A DNA stretch of 64,000 bases from an uncultured Candidatus Saccharibacteria bacterium (GTDB lineage Bacteria > Patescibacteriota > Minisyncoccia > Phycocordibacterales > PALSA-1337): contig CAZRIX010000002.1 in NCBI GenBank assembly GCA_964600255.1, forward strand, positions 34,067 to 98,066, given 5' to 3'. Shown here in pieces: positions 27,477 to 35,639 of the stretch (within the stretch, counting starts at the first letter, position 1; every line of letters begins with the position of its first letter). Made by a program: the position numbers and the translations under genes. The notes beneath the pieces were generated by a model, which saw only the letters and a program-made list of their open reading frames with translations, was not told the DNA's origin and ran no database searches.

Positions 27477-30146
27477 ATGCCCAAAAAAGACCCCAATTTT
27501 ACACATAGAGGTGATGAGAAAATCATTGTTAAAGGCGCTAGAACACACAATTTGAAAAATATCAGTGTGGAGATGCCTCGTAACAAAATGGTTGCAATAA
27601 CTGGCCTATCAGGATCAGGTAAGTCTTCTCTTGCATTTGATACTATTTTTGCTGAAGGACAAAGACGTTATGTTGAATCTCTTTCATCATATGCGCGCCA
27701 ATTCCTAAAGCAGATGCAGAAGCCTGATGTGGATGAGATTATAGGTCTTTCTCCAGCCATTTCTATTGATCAAAAATCTAGATCGAACAACCCCCGCTCA
27801 ACTGTTGCAACAATCACAGAGATCTACGATTATCTTCGTATTCTTTTTGCTCGTGTTGGAAAGCCTCATTGTCTTATCTGCGATCGTGAAATTCATCGTA
27901 TTTCAAAGGAGGAGATTCTTGAAACAATCATAAAGCAAGTAAGTAATCACAACAAGACTGGCAAAAAAGTCATGGGTGTTGAACTTAATGAACAGAAAGT
28001 AAAAATCTACGCTCCAATTGTAGTCGGAAGAAAGGGTGAATACTATCAGCTACTTTATGATCTACTAGGCAAAGGTTATGATCGTGTAAAGGTTGATGGC
28101 AAGGTTATGCGTCTTCGTGAACAGATCATTCTAGACAAAAACAAGAAGCACGATATCGATGTTCTAGTTGATGAAATGTTCCTAAGCGAGTTCAAGCCTG
28201 CAGTAAAAGTTGCAGCAATAGCTGGCAAGTCTGGAGACAAGACTAGTGAAAAGGCTGGGAAGAATACAGAGCGTGCGAAGCAGGTAGACAATGCACGTGA
28301 GAGACTTTCAGAGGCACTAGAAAAAGCAATAGAAGAAGCACAGGGTCTCATCAAGATAGAATTCCCAGACGAAGAAAAGCTTATGTCGGTGAAGTTTATG
28401 TGTCCATACGACGGATTCTCATATCCTGAGATCGAACCTCGTCTCTTCTCTTTCAATTCTCCATATGGAGCTTGTGCAACATGTAATGGATTGGGTACAA
28501 AGGAGTTTTTTAGTAACGAGGAATGTCCTGCTTGTAAAGGTGCGCGTCTACGCGAGGAAGCTTTGAATGTTCGTCTAGATAAGAAGAACATCATCGCTAT
28601 CACAGCGATGTCTATCGAGGACTGCATGGAATTTTTTAAGAAAATAGAGCTTACCGAGACAGAACGTGGGATCGCGAAGATCATCCTTCGTGAAATCGAG
28701 GCTAGATTACAGTTCATGGTAAACGTAGGTATTGAGTACCTAACCCTAGATCGTCGCGCACATACACTGTCTGGTGGAGAGGCGCAACGTATTCGTCTAG
28801 CATCTCAGCTTGGTTCAGGGCTAGTAGGTGCATTGTACGTACTTGATGAACCAACAATCGGTCTGCATCAGCGTGATAATGATAGATTGATCAAAACCCT
28901 TACAAGTCTACGAGATCTTGGTAATACAATTATAGTTGTTGAGCACGATGAGGATACAATGTTTGCCTCTGACTATATAATCGATATCGGTCCTGGCGCA
29001 GGAGTTCATGGTGGTAATGTTGTCGTATCCGGTTATCTAGATGAATTACTTACAGCAAAGAAAAATACTTCAAATTCTCTGACTCTTTCATATCTACGCG
29101 GAGAAAGTAAGATAGAGGTCCCAGATACTCGACGCGAACCTAAGGGCAAGATCTCGATCAAGGGTGGCAATATCTTTAACATTAAGAACATGGACGCAGA
29201 CATTTCACTCAATTGTCTGAATGTCATCACAGGAGTGTCTGGATCTGGTAAATCATCATTTATGTACGAGATTCTACACAAGAACCTTGAGGCTAGACTG
29301 GAGTTTAGACATAGAACAGCGCAAATATTTAACTGTTCTAGTTTTACTGGAACTGAATACCTAGGAAGAACAATTCTAATAGATCAGAGTGCAATAGGTC
29401 GTACTCCAAGATCAAATCCAGTTACATATACTGGCGCATGGACACATATTCGTGATCTTTTTGCTAATTCTCCAGAATCACGAGCTCATGGTTGGGGCCC
29501 AAGTCGTTTTTCTTTCAATGTAAAAGGTGGACGCTGTGAAGCTTGTCAGGGTAATGGTGAGATTGCAGTTGAAATGCATTTCCTTCCAACGGTATACGTA
29601 CCTTGCGAAGTATGTAATGGTAAAAGATTCATGAAAGAAACATTGGAGATAAAGTACAAGGGTAAAAATGTATTCGAAGTTCTAGAAATGACAGTTGAGG
29701 AAGGGCTGAAGTTCTTTGAGGATATCCCATCGGTATCAGACCGTTTGCAGACATTGGGTGAAGTAGGTCTTGGATATCTAAAACTCGGTCAATCTGCAAC
29801 AACACTATCAGGTGGAGAAGCGCAGAGAGTCAAAATCTCTTCAGAACTTTATCGTGCACATCTACAGAAGACTATTTACCTTCTTGATGAACCGACCGTA
29901 GGACTACATTATGAAGACGTGCGCAAGCTCATCGAAATTCTACAGAGACTTGTTGAAAAGGGAAATACTGTGGTGGTGATCGAGCACAACCTAGACTTGA
30001 TCAAGTCAGCAGATTACATAATAGACATCGGTCCAGATGGCGGCGCTCGTGGAGGTAAAATTGTTGCAAAGGGAACTCCAGAAGATGTTGCGAGAAATGA
30101 GAAGTCTTATACTGGGCAGTATTTGAAGAAAGTTTTGAAGAGATAG
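27477..30146 (+). CDS. uvrA: Excinuclease ABC subunit A
   Basis: Two ABC ATPase modules (GLSGSGKSSLAF and GVSGSGKSS) and Zn-finger CxxC pairs. At 889 aa it is slightly short. Confidence 0.97.
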   Translation: MPKKDPNFTHRGDEKIIVKGARTHNLKNISVEMPRNKMVAITGLSGSGKSSLAFDTIFAEGQRRYVESLSSYARQFLKQMQKPDVDEIIGLSPAISIDQKSRSNNPRSTVATITEIYDYLRILFARVGKPHCLICDREIHRISKEEILETIIKQVSNHNKTGKKVMGVELNEQKVKIYAPIVVGRKGEYYQLLYDLLGKGYDRVKVDGKVMRLREQIILDKNKKHDIDVLVDEMFLSEFKPAVKVAAIAGKSGDKTSEKAGKNTERAKQVDNARERLSEALEKAIEEAQGLIKIEFPDEEKLMSVKFMCPYDGFSYPEIEPRLFSFNSPYGACATCNGLGTKEFFSNEECPACKGARLREEALNVRLDKKNIIAITAMSIEDCMEFFKKIELTETERGIAKIILREIEARLQFMVNVGIEYLTLDRRAHTLSGGEAQRIRLASQLGSGLVGALYVLDEPTIGLHQRDNDRLIKTLTSLRDLGNTIIVVEHDEDTMFASDYIIDIGPGAGVHGGNVVVSGYLDELLTAKKNTSNSLTLSYLRGESKIEVPDTRREPKGKISIKGGNIFNIKNMDADISLNCLNVITGVSGSGKSSFMYEILHKNLEARLEFRHRTAQIFNCSSFTGTEYLGRTILIDQSAIGRTPRSNPVTYTGAWTHIRDLFANSPESRAHGWGPSRFSFNVKGGRCEACQGNGEIAVEMHFLPTVYVPCEVCNGKRFMKETLEIKYKGKNVFEVLEMTVEEGLKFFEDIPSVSDRLQTLGEVGLGYLKLGQSATTLSGGEAQRVKISSELYRAHLQKTIYLLDEPTVGLHYEDVRKLIEILQRLVEKGNTVVVIEHNLDLIKSADYIIDIGPDGGARGGKIVAKGTPEDVARNEKSYTGQYLKKVLKR

Positions 30147-30190
30147 TATACGTATTTTTCTCTGCATTGTAATATAATGATATAGATTCT

Positions 30191-31414
30191 ATGACTATAG
30201 ATGATTTTAAAAAAATAAATCTACCCGAAGCACCAGGAGTCTATTTTTTCAAGGATATTGAAAATAATATCCTGTATATTGGTCGTGCAACTTCACTACA
30301 TGATCGTGTGAAGAGCTATTTTAGTAATGACCTCATCGCTACACGAGGTCCATTACTAGTGGATATGGTTACAAAGGCTAATACTATTGAATTCATTCAA
30401 ACTGATTCAGTGCTTGAGGCGATAATTCTCGAAAGTAACCAGATAAAAGCCAATCTACCTTTTTACAATACTAAAGAAAAGGATAATAAGAGTTATAACT
30501 TTGTAGTTATTACTGACGAAGAGTTTCCAAGAGTCGTAATCGTTCGAGGAAGAACTTTGGATAAACTGGATGAAAATGAATTGGGTTACAAGATAAAATA
30601 TCAATTCGGTCCATACCCTCAAGGTTCTCTTCTTCGTGATGCTCTGAAGATTGTGCGCAAGATTTTCCCTTTTAGAGATGAAAAAGCAAGCCTTAAGCAT
30701 CAAGAATCTTTCTACAAATCTCTCGGCCTTTCTCCGAAAACCGACAGTCCTGAGGCCAAGCGAGACTATCAATTAACTATTCGTAACCTAGTCCTATTTT
30801 TTGAAGGCAAAAAAGAGAAGTTGATCAAGACTTTGGAGAAAGAGATGGATGAATATGCCAAACTTGAGCAGTTTGAGAAAGCAAAGGAGGTTCGCAACAC
30901 TATTTATGCTTTGAACCATATTCAGGACGTATCTTTGATCAAAAGTAATACTGAAGTTGATTATGCTGATGGTTTTCGAATAGAAGCATATGATATAGCA
31001 CACATGTCCGGCAAGGATACCGTGGGTGTGATGACGGTCGTTGTAAATGGTGAGCTACAAAAAAGTCAGTACAAGAAATTTAAATTATCTAAAGATGCAA
31101 ACAATGATACAGCTGGACTTCGAGAGATCCTGACTCGTAGATTTACTCATCCGGAATGGAAATCTCCTGACCTAATCGTTATCGATGGTGGACTTGGTCA
31201 AATAAACACTGCTATTGAAGTAGTAAAGAATATTCCCATAGTCTCAGTTGTTAAAAATGAGGCACATAAACCTGATCATTTCCTGGGTGATGAGGCTATG
31301 GTCAAACAATATTCAAAAGATATACTACTAGCCAATAGTGAGGCTCATCGTTTTGCAATTGCATACCACAAGAAGGTTCGTGCAAGGAATTTCATAAATA
31401 GGTTGATAAAGTAG
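30191..31414 (+). CDS. uvrC: Excinuclease ABC subunit C, short form lacking the C-terminal (HhH)2 domain
   Basis: GIY-YIG motif (GVYFFKD...ILYIGRA), UVR domain, and an RNase H-like 3' endonuclease domain (RIEAYDIAHMSG...IVIDGGLGQ). Only 407 aa. Confidence 0.85.
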   Translation: MTIDDFKKINLPEAPGVYFFKDIENNILYIGRATSLHDRVKSYFSNDLIATRGPLLVDMVTKANTIEFIQTDSVLEAIILESNQIKANLPFYNTKEKDNKSYNFVVITDEEFPRVVIVRGRTLDKLDENELGYKIKYQFGPYPQGSLLRDALKIVRKIFPFRDEKASLKHQESFYKSLGLSPKTDSPEAKRDYQLTIRNLVLFFEGKKEKLIKTLEKEMDEYAKLEQFEKAKEVRNTIYALNHIQDVSLIKSNTEVDYADGFRIEAYDIAHMSGKDTVGVMTVVVNGELQKSQYKKFKLSKDANNDTAGLREILTRRFTHPEWKSPDLIVIDGGLGQINTAIEVVKNIPIVSVVKNEAHKPDHFLGDEAMVKQYSKDILLANSEAHRFAIAYHKKVRARNFINRLIK

Positions 31415-31535
31415 GGATTAGTGGTAATATTGATATGTATTGCCCTTTGTGTAAATAAGTATCGAAGAGTCCTTTGAGACTCCCTGACACTGACCATGTC
31501 TGAGAACGGTAACAATATCCGTACCTCGATGCTTT

Positions 31536-31566
31536 CCGGCCCCTCCTCCTGGGGGCCGGTTTTTCT
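31536..31566 (+). terminator. Intrinsic terminator (CCGGCCCCtcctcctGGGGGCCGG plus T5)
   Basis: Read directly from the sequence. It lies 120 nt after uvrC, and the intervening 31415-31535 is hairpin-rich. Confidence 0.65.
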
Positions 31567-31660
31567 TTATGTGAGCTAACTTATCCACAAACGATGCGAT
31601 ACTTACGGTAGTTACTTGATACAATGGTATGGATATAAAAATCTATATATTCAAACAAAT

Positions 31661-32584
31661 ATGCACAGAATACGAGCAGGAATAATACGAGGTGGACCAA
31701 GTAGTGAGTATGACAACTCGCTTAAAACTGGTGCGAATATATTGAAGCACCTACCACCTGACAAATTCTCAGTTAGAGATATTTATATAGATAAGAATGG
31801 TGTATGGTACATGCATGGAATTCCGAGTACTCCACACGAGGTGCTCAACCATCTAGATGTGGTCATCAATGGTCTGCATGGACACTATGGTGAGGACGGC
31901 AAGATCCAGCAGATTTTTGAACAACATGGAATACCTTTTACAGGTTCTGACTCATTCGCATCAGCCATTGGCATGAACAAGAAGCTCGCAAAGGAAGTTT
32001 ATAAGAAAGAAGGTATAAAAACTCCAGAATCAAGACTTATAGAATCATTGGCTGAAGTGAGCAAGGAGGCCCACAAAATATTTAGGACATTCTCTCCACC
32101 CATGGTAGTTAAACCTAACCGTGGCGGTTCATCGCATGGAATAACCATTGCAAAGGATTTTACTGCTTTTGATGATGCTGTTCGTAAAGTATACGAGCAC
32201 AGTGGGTCTGTTCTTGTAGAAGAATTTATTAATGGAAAAGAAGCAAACTGTGTAGTTGTTGATGGATATAGAGGTCAGGATTTCTATACACCACCTCCAA
32301 TAGAAGTCCGAGGCAACGAACATTTCTCGCCTGGTTTATTCACTGACAAGGAGAAAGAAGAGATTTCAAGTATGGCAATTAAAGCTCACAAAGCTCTAGG
32401 ACTGAAGCACTACTCAAGTTCAGACTTCATCGTGCACCCCAAGAGAGGAGTGTTCATACTTGAGACTGACTCTCAACCAAGTTTGGCTGAAGAATCACTT
32501 TTCCCAAAAGCACTGAGATCTGTAGGGGCGTCACTTACACACTTTCTTGAGCACATAATCGACCTTGCATTAAATAAAAAATAA
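31661..32584 (+). CDS. ddl: D-alanine--D-alanine ligase
   Basis: MHRIRAGIIRGGPSSEYDNSL and the ATP-grasp fold. The ORF opens at 31616, but the Met at 31661 fits the Ddl N-terminus. Confidence 0.9.
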   Translation: MHRIRAGIIRGGPSSEYDNSLKTGANILKHLPPDKFSVRDIYIDKNGVWYMHGIPSTPHEVLNHLDVVINGLHGHYGEDGKIQQIFEQHGIPFTGSDSFASAIGMNKKLAKEVYKKEGIKTPESRLIESLAEVSKEAHKIFRTFSPPMVVKPNRGGSSHGITIAKDFTAFDDAVRKVYEHSGSVLVEEFINGKEANCVVVDGYRGQDFYTPPPIEVRGNEHFSPGLFTDKEKEEISSMAIKAHKALGLKHYSSSDFIVHPKRGVFILETDSQPSLAEESLFPKALRSVGASLTHFLEHIIDLALNKK

Positions 32585-32610
32585 TGTAAAATCATTAAAT
32601 CCCTCGTAAA

Positions 32611-32752
32611 GGGCTCGTAGCTGTCATGGTAGATATACAACGGATAGCTTCAAGCTAAGTAGGAAATCAAATAGTAAACAAGGGCTTGTGGCTGTTATGG
32701 TAGGTATACAACAGATAGCTACAATCAGTGATTAAGTTAGTATAAGTTACAA
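32611..32752 (+). repeat. Two tandem 71-nt degenerate copies of tRNA-Ala (pseudo-tRNA units)
   Basis: Each unit starts GGGCT(C/T)GT(A/G)GCTGT(C/T)ATGGTAG and matches the 5' half of the adjacent tRNA-Ala. Their 3' halves lack T-loop motifs. Confidence 0.6.
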
Positions 32753-32825
32753 GGGCTCGTAGCTCAGATGGTAGAGCAATCGCTTTGCAAGCGAAAGGTC
32801 AGGAGTTCGAATCTCCTCGAGTCCA
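32753..32825 (+). tRNA. tRNA-Ala (anticodon UGC)
   Basis: GGGCTCGTAGCTCAGATGGTAGAGC...CTTTGCAAG...GGAGTTCGAATCTCCTCGAGTCCA: a cloverleaf with a G3:U70 pair in the acceptor stem, anticodon TGC, and the GTTCGAATC T-loop. No encoded CCA. Confidence 0.9.
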
Positions 32826-32835
32826 CAACTAAAGA

Positions 32836-32866
32836 AAAGACTGGCGTTTGCTAGTCTTTTCTTTTG
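32836..32866 (+). terminator. Intrinsic terminator after the tRNA
   Basis: AAGACTGGCgtttGCTAGTCTT plus T-rich tail. Confidence 0.6.
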
Positions 32867-32977
32867 TCTGAAACTTGAAAGGAGATGAGAAAAGCGGAGC
32901 TATGTCGAGCCAGCAGGCGAGACTGCGAGCTGGGGTCGCGGAAAGTTCTGAACGTCGGTGAAGAACTTATCCGTGAC

Positions 32978-32997
32978 CGAATCTCCTCGAGTCCACA
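32978..32997 (+). repeat. 20-bp direct repeat of the tRNA-Ala 3' end (CGAATCTCCTCGAGTCCACA)
   Basis: Identical to 32808-32827 and lying 150 bp downstream. This is an att-site-like signature. Confidence 0.7.
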
Positions 32998-33030
32998 AAA
33001 ACAAACCCGCAGCCAACACTGCGGGTTTCG

Positions 33031-33486
33031 CTATTTGCTTTTCATACACTGTGCTAACACAGTAGTAATTGAACCGTCCTCCATTAAGACCAGATTTGTT
33101 GGATGGTCACGTGGATGACACCTACAGGACTCACCGAGAGAGGTCCGAATCTTCACTCGATTGCCCTTGTTCGTCTGGTGATAGTACCAGCGCACACCAA
33201 TCTCCATTGTAGGTACTGGAGAAAGCGGTGCTGGACGTTTCGCTACGTGTTGCCACCTTGTATACCGTACACCATTGTCATCGAGCGCTAAACTTTGTCG
33301 ACAAAGCCAAGTGAAACTTACCATCAGGATTGGTCTGCCGGACGTTTTTTTAATACTCCAATTGCAGACCTCACCTCGGTAAACACCGACCTCTACAGAC
33401 TCTAATTCTACTTGTCCACCATCTGACAGCCTGAGATCTTCCAGCCAACCCATAAGGCGATCTGGACACCTAAGATACAGATGCAT
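33031..33486 (-). CDS. Hypothetical protein; GC-rich islet adjacent to the tRNA
   Basis: A 151-aa ORF with elevated GC. It ends next to the hairpin CCCGCAGccaacaCTGCGGG (32997-33025), which is followed on the minus strand by a T-tract. Confidence 0.35.
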   Translation of the reverse strand: MHLYLRCPDRLMGWLEDLRLSDGGQVELESVEVGVYRGEVCNWSIKKTSGRPILMVSFTWLCRQSLALDDNGVRYTRWQHVAKRPAPLSPVPTMEIGVRWYYHQTNKGNRVKIRTSLGESCRCHPRDHPTNLVLMEDGSITTVLAQCMKSK

Positions 33487-33570
33487 TTTACCTCCTTTCT
33501 GTTTCTGACGAAATTATACCACTAGAGATAGTCTTATACATACTACGAAACATAAATATGAAAAAGTATA

Positions 33571-34443
33571 CTAATCAGTCTTTGCCACCTGAACATTCTT
33601 GTATTCTGGTGCTTCGGCTAAATATCTAGCTTGGATTTCAGCAATTCCTAAGCCTCTCTTGTAAATACCGACTTTATCTAGAGTACCGACTGTTGAATAT
33701 GTTGATGTATTACCGGGGGCTCCGAAATAGAAATAATAATTGCTATTATCCCATAGAGTATATAGAGCAAACGAATTACTTCCAACTTCTTTCCCATCTA
33801 CATACAGTCTCGTGACTTTAGAAACTGCATCAACACTATAGGCTATAAAGTACCATTTACCAATTGTTAGAACAGGACCACTACTGATATTAACGGTTAA
33901 GCCTGCTCCTGGAACAATATATGTAAAAGCTCCAACTTTATTGCCTGTCATTGTAATCCCTGAATGATTACCTTCTCTACCCATAAGCATTCTGTTTACA
34001 CCTGGCTGAGCTTCTGTTGGTTTAAACCATAATGCATAAGTGAATGAAACATTAGCTGCATTAGTTGCCGATCTATCCTCACTATTACCTGGAATAAATC
34101 TAGCACCTGTATTAGTACCACTGCAATACAATCCTTTTCCACCCGTAGTCGGAGAGTCGTTGACGATACTACAACCACTTGGCATAGCGATTGAATATCC
34201 GTTACCTATACTATCTTTTATTACAGAGGTATCTGTATCTTCAAAATCAAAGTAAGCGATTGAGTCAGCTCCGTATCCTCTAAAAATAGATCCACTAGCC
34301 TGCTGCCCAGCAGCAATTCTAGCTTTTTCCCTTGAACTGCCGAGACTAGCAAGCACCACAGATGACAGGAGTCCTATTATTGATATCACTACGAGTAGCT
34401 CTATCAATGTAAAACCTTTCCCGTAAGTTACACTAATTTTCAT
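33571..34443 (-). CDS. Type IV pilin-like protein (prepilin N-terminal cleavage/methylation motif) with a beta-rich C-terminal domain
   Basis: KGFTLIELLVVISIIGLLSSVVLASL is a class III signal/prepilin motif. Confidence 0.7.
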   Translation of the reverse strand: MKISVTYGKGFTLIELLVVISIIGLLSSVVLASLGSSREKARIAAGQQASGSIFRGYGADSIAYFDFEDTDTSVIKDSIGNGYSIAMPSGCSIVNDSPTTGGKGLYCSGTNTGARFIPGNSEDRSATNAANVSFTYALWFKPTEAQPGVNRMLMGREGNHSGITMTGNKVGAFTYIVPGAGLTVNISSGPVLTIGKWYFIAYSVDAVSKVTRLYVDGKEVGSNSFALYTLWDNSNYYFYFGAPGNTSTYSTVGTLDKVGIYKRGLGIAEIQARYLAEAPEYKNVQVAKTD

Positions 34444-34511
34444 ATAATTATCATATCACACAAATATAGATATTTGTATAATAAATTAGAATAAGTGGTA
34501 TAATTATATCT

Positions 34512-34781
34512 ATGTTGGATATTAATGTTGTGCTAGCTGCAATCGCATTTTTATTAATAATCGTATACTGGATTTCTGTATTCATTATTTTCTACCACCT
34601 CGTGCGATTTGGTGTTGGTCGTCAGCCCAAAATTCTCTCAGCGTTATTCGTCCTAGGATCATTTATACTTTTCTTTATCAGTATTGTTTTATTTTCAAAT
34701 ATAAACACAGGACAACTCAACATTCAACTCCAAAGTATTATAAATAGTAACTCATCATTTTTTAATATTAATCTAATCTAA
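34512..34781 (+). CDS. Small membrane protein
   Basis: Two long hydrophobic helices. Confidence 0.4.
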   Translation: MLDINVVLAAIAFLLIIVYWISVFIIFYHLVRFGVGRQPKILSALFVLGSFILFFISIVLFSNINTGQLNIQLQSIINSNSSFFNINLI

Positions 34782-34782
34782 A

Positions 34783-35340
34783 ATGGCAACACTTTTCTCA
34801 GTATTCAAAAATACATTAAACACATTTCAGGGTCAGGAGCCGGGGGAACGTGTATTACTGTTCCTCAGAAGACATCCGATTACCATAATACTAAGAATAG
34901 TGGGGCTTCTTATAGCATACGTAATACCGATACTTCTCAGTTTTATCTTTGTAGAGTTCATAGTAAACAATGAGCTTATGGTCGTGTACCTATTTATACT
35001 AAGCATATGGACTCTATTCGTGTGGGTGATAATTTTCTACTCTCTTACGATGTACACCCTGGATGTGTGGATAGTTACTGATACAAGAATAATAGACAGC
35101 ACTCAGCATGGATTCTTCAATAGAACAGTAGCTGAACTTCACCTATCTAGAATTCAAGATATATATGTAAAAATGGGTGGGCCACTAGAAAACATTGTAA
35201 ACTTTGGAAACCTTATGATACAAACTGCAGGAACTGAGGAGAGATTTGTATTTGAACAAATACCAAGACCAATACAGGTAAAAGATACGATAATGGAAAT
35301 ATCATTTCCAGACAATCACCAACCAAAAACTAGTGTTTAA
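34783..35340 (+). CDS. Membrane protein with a bacterial PH (YdbS/YdbT-like) domain
   Basis: Two TM helices followed by a bPH_2-like region (DTRIIDSTQHGFFNRTVAELHLSRIQDIYV). Confidence 0.55.
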   Translation: MATLFSVFKNTLNTFQGQEPGERVLLFLRRHPITIILRIVGLLIAYVIPILLSFIFVEFIVNNELMVVYLFILSIWTLFVWVIIFYSLTMYTLDVWIVTDTRIIDSTQHGFFNRTVAELHLSRIQDIYVKMGGPLENIVNFGNLMIQTAGTEERFVFEQIPRPIQVKDTIMEISFPDNHQPKTSV

Positions 35341-35363
35341 ATCATAGTTATCCACAGATTTAT

Positions 35364-35392
35364 TTGCAGGTGAACGTACGTTCACTTATAAT
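35364..35392 (+). promoter_or_regulatory. Promoter (TTGCAG-N17-TATAAT) with a perfect 16-bp palindrome GTGAACGTACGTTCAC (35370-35385); candidate LexA (Cheo-type GAAC-N4-GTTC) operator
   Basis: The palindrome is read directly from the sequence. It lies in the promoter spacer upstream of the small ORF plus lexA. Confidence 0.6.
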
Positions 35393-35421
35393 GTACTCAT
35401 ACAAGAATAATTTAAAAACTT

Positions 35422-35631
35422 ATGAGTAAAATTACACTAGCACATAATTTAAGAAAGGAAATTAAGAAGTTGAACCGCGAGATAGATCTAAAGATTATAA
35501 AGGGTTTACCATACAAAGCAGAGGCACGAAGACACAAGTTCCTAGTATCACAGTTCTACGGCTTTTACGAAAGTTCAAAGAGAAGCTGGTTTCAGAAGAC
35601 ATTTAACGTTTTTGCTAGCTTTGTTCTATAA
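35422..35631 (+). CDS. Small basic protein (69 aa), first gene of the putative lexA operon
   Basis: Its ORF ends 8 nt before the lexA start, directly downstream of the LexA-box promoter. Confidence 0.45.
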   Translation: MSKITLAHNLRKEIKKLNREIDLKIIKGLPYKAEARRHKFLVSQFYGFYESSKRSWFQKTFNVFASFVL

Positions 35632-35639
35632 TAACAATA

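Noticed and set aside
32611-32752. A CRISPR array, or additional functional tRNA genes, as an explanation for the regular roughly 71-nt tandem units.
   Set aside because: The units are homologous to the adjacent tRNA-Ala 5' half, not repeat-spacer structured. They lack T-loop and acceptor complementarity, so they are called degenerate pseudo-tRNA copies. No cas genes are present.
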